Notes: a model not told the origin generated them from the letters alone. A DNA stretch of 38,267 nucleotides from Priapulus caudatus (GCF_000485595.1 NW_014577075.1:397322-435588), one strand, 5' to 3'; numbered from the stretch's first letter, positions 1 to 12,908 are shown. Translations and numbers: made by a program.

Positions 1-1158
1 TATATTATATATACAGCTGAATGAGGTCTGTTGAAGATCTGCGCGACTGAAATAGAGGTGTCTGAATGAGTTTCTCTCGCGTAAGCGCGCGTGTTATTTT
101 GACAGCGGTATACAGACGCCACTCCAGTCTCTCTCATCACCTTACACCGACCCTCCGTGTTCGTGCTGTCTGTCTGTCCACGCACCGCAGTGATGAATAG
201 TAGCAATGAATAGCTCTAGCGACTATGTAGGTACTTCTGGCTCCCCTGTCGGAGTCATTTCTCTTCACTCGGTTTAGTTGTGGTGCTCTCGGGTGCTGAC
301 TGCGGCCCGACCATAACGAGTGAATTGAATCTACGATCGCAGCCACCGTTTCTGCCGTAGCTTTACTCTTCTCATGGTGCGCTGGTATAGTTTACGAAGG
401 CACGCTGCGCAGAAAGCAGGAGCGAATATCAATATGACGCGTCCATTCTCCCCGTAGATCTACTATGCAGTATTGGCGTAGTAAGCAATGATTTAATTTC
501 AGCCTGCACGGATTGACACGTTGACACAATGGCGACTGAGCGACGAGTTCTGCGACATCCATCCACGAGCGCGTAGTATCATATGTGCTTCATGTTAACC
601 TGTTACTAATGTGAAATCAGGTTGGCGTTCACGCGTCACAGCGGGAGTGTAATAACCGTGCATACACACAGCCAGTACACGCACGAAAAGCTGTAACATG
701 GCTCCTAATTGCCTCTAATGAAATGAAGCTTCGTGTGTAGCTTGTTCGAAAGAGTAGCGTGATGGAAAGCGACACCAGGAAATTAGTAATCTATCTGAAC
801 GGTGATAGTCAGATGCGAAGGATTGCTAAGGAAAGAGCAAATCGAATATGATTACAAGTCCCCTGCATGATGTCCTTCCCGTAATGAACGGTAATAGTCA
901 CGCCATCTTTCTTGGCGCAAATCGAAAACGTATTTGCGACTCGTAATTATAACAGATGAGCATTTTCACCAGTATAGCCGATGGCTCGCACGTACTCGCG
1001 GTTATTGTTGCAGTATAGGGTGGATAGTGGCGGGTTGGAGAAGAAAGGGCCAGAGACAGGCAGAGATATAGAAGGAGAAGGTTGTGAGAGTGGAAACAAT
1101 GTGTGAAAGAATCGAACAGATGCTGGATAGCGAGGCGGGGCGAGAGAGGCTGAAAAAG

Positions 1159-1161
<3 letters not shown>

Positions 1162-1238
<77 letters not shown>

Positions 1239-1264
1239 TGAGAGAGAGAGAGGAGAGAGAGAAC

Positions 1265-1295
<31 letters not shown>

Positions 1296-1355
1296 TAAGA
1301 AAAGAGAGAGAGAGAGAGAGAGAGAAGAGGAGAGAGAGAGTAGAGGAAGAGAGAT

Positions 1356-1390
<35 letters not shown>

Positions 1391-1433
1391 CGAGAGAGAG
1401 AGAGAAGCGATGAGAGAGAGAGACGAAGAGAGA

Positions 1434-1465
<32 letters not shown>
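1162..1465 (+). repeat. (GA)n microsatellite, imperfect
   Basis: Direct inspection; explains the ER-repeat ORF at 1084-1413. Confidence 0.95.
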
Positions 1466-1815
1466 AGCTAGTATGGCTGAGAGGAAATGAGATGATTAAG
1501 TCAGGAGACTCAAGAAGAGAAGCTCATCAACGGTGAGAGCGAAAAGACTGAGACAGAGCGCGACTAGGAGAGTCTAGGAGACTGCATTTGGCTGGTACAT
1601 GCGTACATGCGTACATGGCCGTGTCGTGGTGCGTGGCAAGTCAATACGCTCTTGCTCCGCAGGGAAAATCCGTTTCTCCTGCAGACACACACACGCACAA
1701 CGGCACACAGCACACGCACACGCACACGCACGGCCACACCACACGCAACGCACACGCACACCACAACAAGCACTCACGACGCACGACCGCACCACTCACA
1801 CGCACACACGCACAC

Positions 1816-2116
1816 NNNNNNNNNNNNNNNNNNNNNNNNNNNNNNNNNNNNNNNNNNNNNNNNNNNNNNNNNNNNNNNNNNNNNNNNNNNNNNNNNNNNN
1901 NNNNNNNNNNNNNNNNNNNNNNNNNNNNNNNNNNNNNNNNNNNNNNNNNNNNNNNNNNNNNNNNNNNNNNNNNNNNNNNNNNNNNNNNNNNNNNNNNNNN
2001 NNNNNNNNNNNNNNNNNNNNNNNNNNNNNNNNNNNNNNNNNNNNNNNNNNNNNNNNNNNNNNNNNNNNNNNNNNNNNNNNNNNNNNNNNNNNNNNNNNNN
2101 NNNNNNNNNNNNNNNN
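1816..2116. other. Assembly gap (301 N)
   Basis: Run of n flanked by microsatellites. Confidence 0.99.
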
Positions 2117-2340
2117 AGTAGCAGTAGCAGTAGCAGTAGCAGTAGCAGTAGCAGTAGCAGTAGCAGCAGTAGCAGTAGCAGTAGCAGTAGCAGTAGCAGT
2201 AGCAGTAGCAGCAGTAGCAGCAGTAGCAATAACAGCAGCAGTAGCAGCAGTAGCAGCAGTAGCAGTAGCAGTAGCAGTAGCAGTAGCAGTAGCAGTAGCA
2301 GCAGTAACAGCAGCAACAGCAGCAACAGCAGCAGCAGTAG
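2117..2340 (+). repeat. (AGTAGC)n/(AGC)n microsatellite
   Basis: Direct inspection; adjacent to a gap. Confidence 0.95.
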
Positions 2341-3050
2341 GACTGTGATATCGCCCTGCTACTTGTACTGCTGCTGCCCCCTGCGGGCTAACCGTTCGCG
2401 CCCGCGTAAGTTCGCTCGCCAACGCGCTTTCATGGAGGGGTTATGTGTGTCAAGTTATTGAACTATCCGTTTCTGATTTCGATTCGTGTTAAATAGAACG
2501 AAGAAACGCTCGCTTTCCTGCGCCCACGCGACCTGAATAGGCAATGACAACTGCGTTGGGGGAAAATATCAACGTTTTTCGTATGCGCGCGGGTATGTGA
2601 GGTAGGCAACCTGCTAGAAGGGGGTCATGCCTTCCTAACGTAAATTCAGGACACGTAATAGATAATTACAACGTAATAATATCCACGGTAATATGTATTA
2701 CGCATGTAATATGTACATTTTTCGTAAGATTGCTATCGGGGAAGGAAGATGCATATTAAAGGAGTCGTATTTCAGGAAGGCGAGCATTAAAATCGAAATG
2801 TTTGTCGAGTTGGAAACGAAAATTGAAGTAATTTCATTTATGATTTGTGAGTCAGAGCAGTTTGTTTCTTCGCTGCTGCACGCACCGTGTCGTGTTGCTT
2901 TTATAAGTGCGAGGTGCTGGGCAGGCATCTACGGTAGAGCCCTATCCTTCCCCCTCCCTCCATGGCTCCTTCCTTCCCTCCCTCACGTCCTCCCTCCCTA
3001 CCACCCGTCTTACCTCCCTCCCGTCCTACCTCCCTCTGATCCCTCCCCCT

Positions 3051-3201
3051 CTCTTGCTCTCTTTCTCCCCCGCACTCTCTGTCTGTCTCTCTCTCTCTCT
3101 CTCTTTTGCTGTTACTCTCTTGCTCTTTTTCTCCCCCGCACTCTCTGTCTGTCTCTCTCTCTTTTGCTGTTACTCTCTTGCTCTCTTTCTCCCCCGCACT
3201 C

Positions 3202-3232
<31 letters not shown>

Positions 3233-3255
3233 TTTGCTGTTACTCTCTTGCTCTC
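3051..3255 (+). repeat. Three tandem copies of a ~60-70-bp CT-rich unit
   Basis: ttctcccccgcactctctgtctgtc(tc)n-ttttgctgttactctcttgctct occurs three times. Confidence 0.85.
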
Positions 3256-4205
3256 TCTCTCTCTTGCTCTCTCTCTTGCTTTCTCTCGCGCGCTCTTTCT
3301 CTGTTTGACTCCGCGTCTCCATGTCTTCATAAATGAGCAATGTACGTGGGCGGGCATGCCGTAGACGGACGATAGGCGACCCGTGGCCAAATGTACACGC
3401 ATTCCCACCGATGACGGTTGTCAGTCTATGCATGCCGTGCACATTCATACACAGCTGAGACAGCTGGATTTATGCCTGCAGGTAGCTGGTAACAGTTACG
3501 ACACATCAGCGAGGGGAGGAGGAGGAGAAGGTAGGAGGAGGAGGGAGAGAGGGCGTGAGGGAAGGGAAGGGACAAGAGGAGGATGAGGACGGCGTGAGGA
3601 AAGAAATAGGGAGGAGTGGGGAGCTCGTGAGGGAAGGGGAGATGAGGTTAGGAAGGTTGGGGAAGAAGGGAAGGAGGGAGAGAGGGTAAAGGAAAGCGGA
3701 GGGGGATGGTGGGGGGAGGGGAGGAGTCGGGTGGCCGCCGTGGATGGAAGGAGGGGTGGGGGGTGTTTCACCCTCACTGCACCATTATTGAAATTAACAC
3801 CTGTGCGTCTGGCCGTGATCTGCGCACAATCGGTGCGCATTAAGAAGGCATTCATTCATCTGCTGGCGGGCGCTGTTGTCCGTACCGACACGTGCCACTT
3901 GCTCTCGACGCCCAAATTTATGCCGTGCACCGGCTCGGTGTTAGCGCCTGTTTTCTTAAGCACGCGAGAGACATGCGCACCCGCGATTCGCGCAGGCCGT
4001 GGCCCTCATTGTCGGCATGTGCCAGGTATTGATTCAGCTTACGCATAGTTTTGCTTCTAATTTCTGCGGTCGGGCGAAAGAAGGAGGCCGGTGTGAAAGC
4101 ACCGGCAGCAATGGCCGGTGGTTTTTGGACAACCTTTCAAGGGGGCAGAGGGGCAGGGAGAGATGGATAGGGGAGAGAGAGACACACACACACACACACA
4201 GAGAG

Positions 4206-4264
<59 letters not shown>

Positions 4265-4544
4265 CCTGACATGCAGGTGCGGAGTTAATACTGCGCGAGT
4301 ACGTTAACACTGCAGCAAAGTCTATAGAGTTAGAGGGAGCAGTAGGGTTAGAATGTATAGATTGTACGCTTGGTATTGTCGCGACTGTTCCGAGTTTCGA
4401 GCGGATTTTTAAATCCAGTAGCGACTGCCGTCGCACGAAACGAATGTTTGTAAAATAAATAGCGTGCGAGCGAATTATGAAAACGCACGTACACATTTTT
4501 CAATAGCACAAAAAACGCACGTGCGCAGGCTGACACACAGACAC

Positions 4545-4706
4545 CCACACGCACGCACGTATGCACGCGCGCGCACACACACACACGGATATACACGCAC
4601 CCCATTCCACGCACGCACGTATGCACGCGCGCACACACACACACGGACATACACGCACCCCATTCCACGCACGCACGTACGCACGCCCACAAGCACTCAC
4701 ACGGAT
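4545..4706 (+). repeat. ~58-60-bp CA-rich tandem repeat, about 2.5 copies, ending at a gap
   Basis: gcacgcacgtatgcacgcgcgc...atacacgcaccccattccac is repeated. Confidence 0.8.
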
Positions 4707-4716
4707 NNNNNNNNNN
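4707..4716. other. Assembly gap (10 N)
   Basis: Run of n. Confidence 0.99.
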
Positions 4717-4754
<38 letters not shown>

Positions 4755-5000
4755 CGAGAAGCAGAGACGGTGGAGGTAGAGAGATTGGATGAGAGGAATG
4801 GAGACATTATTTAAGTGTAATAATTGTAGTACACACCGCGAACGCGTTCTGTAGCATTACCGCAGATAGACGCGGCAGGCGTATATTACGAACACATCTG
4901 CTGGATGACTATGCTATGATGCTGCGTGAGAGGGAGGCTGCCTGACGCGGCAACATTCTCCACGCGTTACTGGCTTGTCGTGTACGCGGGCTGCGTCGCA

Positions 5001-5074
5001 CTAGCTCTAGAACTATAGCACTTCGCTCTGTCACAGGTCTGTGGCAGAGCGAAGGGCTATAGTTCTAGAGCTAG
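5001..5074. repeat. Near-perfect 74-bp palindrome/hairpin
   Basis: Arms 5001-5036 and 5039-5074 (36 bp, 2 mismatches, one of them G-U compatible) with a 2-nt centre. Confidence 0.85.
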
Positions 5075-5465
5075 CATCGCATAGGCTCGGGTTAGTCATC
5101 CTCTCTCTCTACTCTACGCGCTGGTGAAGTGTTAGCAGCAGGAAGATCTGCTTGTCGTATGTGCTCATAAGAAACTGAAGCCGGTTGTCAGGAATCAAAT
5201 TGTCTCAACATTAATTTTTACTCGTAGACCGCATCCTCTATACACTGCGTGTGAGACGCTCGTAACTTTCATATGCCTCTGTTAACGAAAAATCGTCGAG
5301 AAAAAATTCATCTTATGACCAACGTTAACGCTAATTTCGTTTTTGACGACGGGTGCTTGGTACGTTCTTCAGGTTTAGTTCTCCGCCGTTTCTCAGTTTA
5401 ATGTTTTAGAGTACGATGGCTGAGATGTGCGCGCGCAACATGCGGAGTTCGCGCGTTCGTTAGAA

Positions 5466-5654
5466 TTGTGGTTCTTAAATATTTTTTTTGAGTCATGAAC
5501 CCCTTTGAGAATCTGGTGAAAGCTACGGACCCCTTCCCAGAAAAATGCACATAAGCACATGAACACACAATCTTTATTCGCTTGGTTCACGGACCCCCTG
5601 AAGCCCATCCACGGTCCCCAAAGGGGTCCATGAACCAAAATTTAAGAACCCCTG
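5466..5654 (-). mobile_element. Non-autonomous hAT (Charlie-type) DNA transposon, 189 bp
   Basis: The ends ttgtggttcttaaat and atttaagaacccctg are imperfect TIRs of the CAGGGGTTCTTAA type. 8-bp TSD cgttagaa (5458-5465) / cgtcagaa (5655-5662). Subterminal ggacccc/ggggtcc motifs are present. Confidence 0.85.
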
Positions 5655-5881
5655 CGTCAGAACGTAAGCGGACACCGCGACCCTCAGGAGACGTCCGCAC
5701 ATAACTCGGCGGAGCAGGCGAAAATGTTCTTCGCCAGCCTACGCGTAATTGCTCGTGTTAAACACTGTCATCGTGGCCGGCACTTTGGCGGATTCATGCG
5801 AGGGAGGACAAAACTTCTTAGCGAGGCAGTAATTCACACGCAGTGCTCGTCGCCTTACTAATTGTCATGGTCGAAGCCGAC

Positions 5882-5926
5882 ACTTTACTTTGCTTACTTT
5901 ACTTTACTTTACTTTACTTTACTTTG
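5882..5926 (+). repeat. (ACTTT)n pentanucleotide microsatellite
   Basis: Direct inspection. Confidence 0.9.
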
Positions 5927-6096
5927 CTGTTTAGCCGTTAGCGTTGATGAATGGAAGTGACTGTATGAGAATCACGAAATCTTTCCCTGTGTAATTACCA
6001 ACTTTTGATCTCGTGCAGTAAATCCTAAGTCACTATATTGGGATAAGTAAGGGAGCTCTCCCCCATCTCGGCCCCTGTCTCTCTCCCTCTCCTCTC

Positions 6097-6099
<3 letters not shown>

Positions 6100-6127
<28 letters not shown>

Positions 6128-6144
6128 GCTCTCTCTCTCGCGCG

Positions 6145-6194
<50 letters not shown>

Positions 6195-6201
6195 GTCTCT
6201 C

Positions 6202-6234
<33 letters not shown>

Positions 6235-6285
6235 TGCTCTCGCTCTCTCTTCTCTCTCTCTCTCTCTCGCTCTCTCTCTCGCGCG

Positions 6286-6339
<54 letters not shown>

Positions 6340-6340
6340 G
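6100..6340 (+). repeat. (CT)n microsatellite with (CG)n interruptions
   Basis: Direct inspection. Confidence 0.93.
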
Positions 6341-8559
6341 TGTCTAGCTCTCTATTTCCGTCGCCACTTTCTCTTCTCTCTGCTTCTCTCTGCTTCTCTC
6401 TGCATCTCTCTCCCGCCTCCCTCCTCCTTGACTGATAACGTGGGTAATGGCGTGGGCAGCACATATGGGGCTTTAGCGTGACGTGTTTTGTTTAGGGTAG
6501 TTGCTCCCTCGCCGGGGGGAACGCTGGCACGCAGTGTAAACTACCGGTCGATGCTAAATTGTGAATTTAGAATGGCAGGGGTTGAAACGCGGTTTCATAT
6601 ATACACTAGAGGCTAGCACGCGCGCGCGTGGGTTGCCAGCAACATGTGGTTGCGACGCACACGCGCCCACAGAGTGGTCCTTGTCCTTGCTACGATGATG
6701 CGCGTTGATTATATTGAAGCACTAATGTATTTCGCACGTGACTGTTCCGTTTCCGGATTCTCACTATATATCCGGAACGTTTGCAGCTGAGCTTCCTATT
6801 TAAGACAGCGCGTGTAAACATGGCGCGAAGCGCGCGCTTAGCGAATGGATGGATATGTCAGTATAGTGCGGGGATAAATATCTCACGAGTGGGATGACCG
6901 TTCACAGCGTCTTGCACACTTGTGTAATAACGTTTGGGAAACCCACGCTGTTGCTCGACATGGACTGAGGGAATTGAGAGAGAAAAGTGGGGGAATAGAT
7001 AGAGACATGCGAGAGGGAGAGGGAGCGAGAGAGCACGTGCAGGAAGAAGAGAGGGAGATGGAGGTGACTGGCAGGTAGAGAGAGACCGTGAAATTAATAT
7101 ATAATAGTATGTGTCATGTGTTTATGCAGCGCGAATAATCTCCTATGGCTATCTAGCCGCTAACACACATTGCCACTCACGCCGGCGGTTCTAGGAAGTG
7201 GGTTCCCGATTTTCTAAGTAATGCTTCACGAGGTTCGTAGCCTGGAAGCCATTTACAGTAATTCACATTAACGCTTGCAGCGTGTGCTCGCATTACGCGC
7301 GTCAATTTTTAGAAGACAGTGTCCGGGGTCTTCGAGGATGAATCGACTCTGCGGAGGCTGGAATCGCATCTTGAACATATTTCGTATTTGGGCCGCTGGA
7401 TGAGAATTAGGTTGTGGCTTCATTCCTGATGCGTTATGCGCGCGCACGTGCTGTACTTGCGTATTGAGAATAGAATGTTGTGGCCCATTTTAGTTTTTTG
7501 CGACGCGTACCGCTTTAATGTGGCATATTATATATGGCGATCTGCATTTAAAATTAAATTGATGTAATGAGATCAATTTCGTCCATTGGGTAATATATCA
7601 AATACCATATGTGAAAATATTTCATTAAAAAATACAAAAGTTTACAAAGTCTATTTCCTAGCCGAAACTGTCTTATTCTTCTGAGTTTTATTCTTGGCGT
7701 ATAACTAAGAATGTTTGCGTGCGATAATATGCATAACATATGGCGTTTGAGTGTATGATCCACTTGCATGCTGGTAGATAAGAAGACCGATGTGAATATT
7801 ATATTCATGCAAGCAAGCACTGGTGTGTTGCTGATGATAGGAAATCTGGTAAGAAAAACACGGCCATGTTTCGATTTCATTTGCATTCCAAATATCCTGC
7901 CGTGTCACAGAAGTCTATAGAGCTTTGTTTTCGCTAGCATTGGGGACAGAAAGTATATGTATGGTGTATATATGTATGGTGAGAGAGATTGTGTGTGCGT
8001 GTGCGTGCGTGCGTGTGCATGCATGTGTGCGTGCGTGCGTGTGAAAGAGCGAGAGAGTGCGCACCAGCAAGCGAGGAAAAGAAAAATGACAGATGACGGG
8101 GAGAAGGAAAAATAAGTGGGGTTGGGGAGGGGGGCGGGGGAGATTCCCGTTAGAGATAAAGGCGTACATGCTAGCACGTCGTCGTCACCAGAGAGGGAAC
8201 TGGGTGACATGATTTTTTTTGGGGGTGACATGAGTTATGCGGATGACTGGCTAATTAAGATGTCACATCTGTTGAGACGATTACCTGAACACACTTGATG
8301 GGATCGAGGCGTCGCAGCTGGCGCAAGTGTGCGTTCTGACATGATTAATTGCGAGATGATAATTGAGAGGGGTGCATTTTTCATGGACGACGGAAAGCCG
8401 GGAATGTCATGCAAGCTGCTTCTGGAGAAAGCGAGAACGAGGAAGAGAGATAGAGACGGATAGATGGAGCGCACTATGCCGGACGGTACTAGCGGTAGGA
8501 GGAGGTGGGGGAACGTCTGAGGAGGAGAGGGAGGAGCGTAGAGGGCAGCGTCAGGAGAG

Positions 8560-9510
8560 AAGGCAGTGTGAGAGGGGTGGTGGGTAGGGGACGTGGTAGT
8601 GTGTGCGAGGGAGAGAGGCACGCATGAGGCGGGATGGCGTGCGCGTGGCACGTGGTTAGCAGGTGCCACCAACGCTCGAGTGGCTGCGAGCCGCATGAGA
8701 GCACGCGTGCACAGGGGTCCAGGCGTGCCGGCGTGGACGGGGTAGTTGTGGGTGGTGTGGACGGGATGAGCAGTACGCGTGAGGCGGAGGCGTGGGTGGA
8801 CGTGCGTAGGGGTCGGGGGGTGCAGAGGCGACGAGGAGTTTACGCGTGAGGCTGGGTATGGCGTGGCGTGGACGTGGTAGTGCTGCGAGGGACGAGGCAG
8901 GGGCTCAGCGCTGTGAGCCGGGCAGGACTGTGGGTGGACGTGGTAGGTGTGCGAGGGAGAGAGTACGCGTGAGGGGGAGTGTGCGACGCCCCCCGGCAGT
9001 GGCGTGATGGGGGGTAGTGTGTCGCGAGGCAGACAGTAGTACGCGTGGCCAGGGGGTAGTCGTGGGTTTTTGGATCGTGTAGGTGTGCGAGGGAGAGAGT
9101 ACGCGTGAGGGGGAGGCGTGGGTGGACGTGGTAGGTGTGCGAGGGCATGAGAGGGTATGCGCGTTGAGGGGGTAGGCAGGTCGGGTGGACGTGGGGTAGG
9201 CTGTGTTGTGTCCGGAGGGAGAGAGCACGCGGTAGAGGGGGAGGGGGTTGGCTGCGGTCGTGCTGGACGTGGGGTAGGTGTGCGAGGGAGAGACGTTACG
9301 CCGTGAGCGCGGAGGGCAGCACCAGCCCTGCACGAGCGCGGCGACTCACGGCGGCCGCGACCTCTGTGGTGGACGTGGTAGGTGTTGCGAAGGGAGAGAG
9401 TTACGCGTGAGGGAGGGGCCCGTGTGGTGGTTTCCGCGGTGTTCTGGCTTGTGGGCGGTGGTGGCGGGGACGTTGCGTATCGGTGTTGCGAGGGAGAGAG
9501 TTACGCGTGG
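8560..9510 (+). repeat. G-rich minisatellite, ~50-bp noisy unit (gtggacgtggtaggtgtgcgagggagagagtacgcgtgag...)
   Basis: Recurrent ggacgtggtag, gcgagggagagag and tacgcgtgag motifs. Confidence 0.85.
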
Positions 9511-10760
9511 AGGGGAGCGCTGCGGTGGATGCTCAGTTCCAGAACCCGGACGGGGGAAGCCGACCGTGAGCGGAAGCACGCTCGCGCTAGCGTTCCTGCT
9601 GCCTGCTGTCGCCTGGTGCGAGGGGTCAGTAGTCCCAGAAAACAAAAATGGGGCCTACGCAAATATCTGCCGTAATCGCTGCGCGCACGGGCGTAACAGG
9701 GTGAAATTAGCGAGCTGAATGAACGCCCACTTCACGCGCTCGTGCATCAGGTGTGCTGCTGACCGCCTGAGGCGCTGCCCAGCCGCCTAAAAGCCATCAC
9801 TGCGCTCGTTCGCACCCTGCTGCTTCAACATATACGTATACTAGCACGTATAAATATATATTATATATATTATATATATATATAGTATATATATTATATA
9901 TAATAACTATATATTATATAAATATAACCAAGAGCGGTTCTGCCGGCCGCGCGTGGCGGGTCCCGCCGGGGGGGGGGGTTAATGGTGGGAATGGTGTGCA
10001 GGTGCACGAAAATGTCAGAGTGGGCGAAAATGGAAAGGTGGTTTTTGGGGGGTTTTCGAAACGGATTAATTTGTGTGCAGGGGGGTTTGTGGCGGTTTGA
10101 TTCAGGGAAAACGCTGATGTGGATTCACGCGGACGAGTGCTCTTTATTGATTTTATCGATTGGATTTTGGATTTTAATCACTTATCATGATTTTTGGCCA
10201 ATTTCTCGTGTAAATATTCATAACTTCTAGGGTTAGCTAGATACCATTCCTGGCTGTGAAATGCTAACATTTCTAATTACGGTTCAAATCATGTAAGTGC
10301 GCCGTGATACACGAGCGACGATATCTGTAAGACGAGTGTTTTGCTCTGAGCTATGTTTGTGTGAGAGGCAGTATTGGTATATAGAGAGATCCGCTTTCAG
10401 CACTCTCTCGTTGTCAATTTGCTTTTTAAAGTGCCATTTCTAATTCCATCCTCGCCAGTGCCGCATCCGTTGGCAGACTTTACCTAAAAACGTGCTGATG
10501 GCATATATGAATAAATGTTGCGCGGCGCGGTCAGCACCGCAGACAGACATGACGTCATCATAAGTTGCTTATCATAATCGTGCTTACGTAGTCGCTGTCC
10601 GGCTTGCGCTTTCCGCTATTGTATAATAGCCTTTGGCCGATGCAGGGAGAGAGAACGGGGGAGAGACAATAAGCGAGAGCGAGATAGGGAACGAGAGAGA
10701 GAGAGAGAGGGGGCGAGCCAGCGAGAGCGAGAGAGAGAGAGAAAGTGTGTGAGTGTGTAT

Positions 10761-10799
10761 CAGGGGTTAATAATGACAAATTGTTTTTATTAACCCCTG
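10761..10799. mobile_element. Ultra-short (39 bp) hAT-like TIR element
   Basis: Perfect 13-bp TIR caggggttaataa / ttattaacccctg. Identical 8-bp flanks gtgtgtat (10753-10760 and 10800-10807). Confidence 0.65.
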
Positions 10800-11192
10800 G
10801 TGTGTATGTATATGTGCGTGTGCGTGTGCGTGCGTGTGTGCGTGTGTGTGTGAGCGTGTTGTAGCTGGCAGCAGCACCGGCACCTGGCACGCGTGCTGCT
10901 GCTGCTGCTGCTACTACTGCTGCTGCTGTTACTACTTCTACTACCGCTGCTGCTGCTGCTGCTGCTCTCGCAGACTTCAGAAGCCTTTTTATCGCCGCGG
11001 CGTGGAAACGAATCGCACGTGCGGCATGTGGCCGGACGCGTCTAATTTAGAGCCGAGAGAGTGCGTGAGTTGGGCGTGTATATACTAGTGCTAGGAAGGA
11101 CGCTGGGTTGTGGAGGCTCGATGACAGATGCGTCCTAGGTCAACACGAGCCGTCTCCCTCCTATACCTATATAATATGTATATATATATATA

Positions 11193-11223
<31 letters not shown>

Positions 11224-11233
11224 AATATATATA

Positions 11234-11326
11234 TTATAAGCAACTCCATTTTAATAACAAAATACACATCTGTAGGGCAGGCACGTACGCACGCGAATGG
11301 CTCACCCGGTTTCAGATCGTTTACTG

Positions 11327-11358
<32 letters not shown>

Positions 11359-11410
11359 CGTGCCTGCCCTACATATGTGTATTTTGTTATTGAGATGAAG
11401 TTGCTTATAA
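11234..11410. mobile_element. MITE-like inverted repeat with 54-bp arms, beside and containing (TA)n
   Basis: 11234-11287 versus the reverse complement of 11357-11410: 4 mismatches. Confidence 0.7.
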
Positions 11411-11519
11411 ACGTATATCTGAAGGACAGACCAAGTGGTCTCTGTGGGTTTACTATATAGTCGTGATATTAACGTCGCGTTTTATGTACTTATTGCAGTC
11501 TGGTAGGAGTTGTTATTCG

Positions 11520-11850
11520 GTTGGGTTATTCGTTGATAAGAACATTCAGAATTCGTTTGATGAACTTTAGTAGGTACAGTTATTGAAGTGGTGAATTATA
11601 TGGCACCATCTATGACTGAGTCTCAATATGGTGAACAGAGCTTTGTGGCAGGCAGTTATGAACCTCTTGCTAATTCTGAGTCAGTCTTATCGGACACAGT
11701 GTGTTTTAGCAGACCTGCATAGCACTAAACCAAATATCCACAATTATTATGCGTTTTAGTATAAAAGCCCCAAATATGGCACAACTGTAGACACGTATCG
11801 AACAGATTTAGATATTGAACTATCGGGGAGTTATTGTGGATCATGCAAGC
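11520..11850 (-). mobile_element. Possible highly decayed non-LTR retrotransposon fragment (region after the RT domain)
   Basis: The minus strand gives NLFDT...CHIWG, then fragments loosely like the FCK..L.V...T...ELGR...W..I pattern of RTE-X-like LINEs. Multiple frameshifts and stops; recognised by eye only. Confidence 0.25.
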
Positions 11851-12489
11851 ATGTGTATTACTAAAATGGCAGCTAAGAAATTATTGCGAAGACAATATCG
11901 ATTCTTAGCTACTGGTTAGTTGGTTGCTGTACTGTAGTACTCAACTGCTAATACAATTCTCGTAAACCCATATAGACCCGGTGTTCGGGATAGTGCTGTG
12001 GCGATGACTAAAAGGCTCGTTCCGAGAAGGGAATTTACAGACACGCGTAAACGCTTTGCACACGAAACACATCCGTGCAGCGAGGGATTTTCAAAGAGAA
12101 TGTTTTAGAGAATGTTTTTTCTATTTAGTTTCAACAACTAGCAGGTGATAATGCACTCTGTTACATTCATTTGTGGTAATTCCACACAAAAGGTATCATG
12201 AGCGCGAGAACGAAACTCATGTCCACTCATCTCAATTCTCGTTTCACAGTTGCAAGCCTCACAGTAATACAAACTAGACAGAGGGCACTCACGGAGAGTG
12301 CATACCTCCGCCAACGACATAGCTCGTAGCAGCCGCTCGTTGCTGCTGCTCGCTGACATGTACACGCTCGCTGCGCTGGCTGGCTCGCTCGCTGACGCGC
12401 TAATATCGATCGCGCGAACACACACACACACACTAACGCACGAGAGCGATCACATAACCTCCTCCACTCCGTGGGCGGAGGTAATGAAG

Positions 12490-12491
<2 letters not shown>

Positions 12492-12571
<80 letters not shown>
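12492..12571 (+). repeat. Perfect (CA)n microsatellite
   Basis: Direct inspection. Confidence 0.95.
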
Positions 12572-12574
<3 letters not shown>

Positions 12575-12908
12575 GTGTGCTGGCGTACCACTCGTGCGTG
12601 CGTGCGTAGCGTGCTGTGCTGCGCGTGCTGGCCCGCCTCTGTGTGTTAACATCGTTGGAGTAGCGATGATATAATGTGTCTCGCGGGCGCGTGTATAAAA
12701 TAGTACATTGCACACAGGCTCGGAGTGTAGCAAGCAAGCTACTCCCAAACGCTGGTTATCATTACGAGCAAATAGATAGCCTTCTGTGCATGACGATTCT
12801 GTGATGTGGCTTGCTATGACCAGCGCTTTGCATGTCATCTGCAGCCTGTCATCCCGTCATGCTATGTACCGCCAGGCCAGCAGTCATTTAAAACTATAGC
12901 ATTGCATC

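Noticed and set aside
137..361. Possible LINE 3' end on the minus strand
   Set aside because: Only a vague likeness to RTE-type C-terminal motifs; too degenerate to call by eye.
12298..12420. Hydrophobic peptide as the FGFR signal-peptide exon
   Set aside because: It runs into (CA)n repeats and has no clear donor. No IgI exon was recognisable anywhere in the window.
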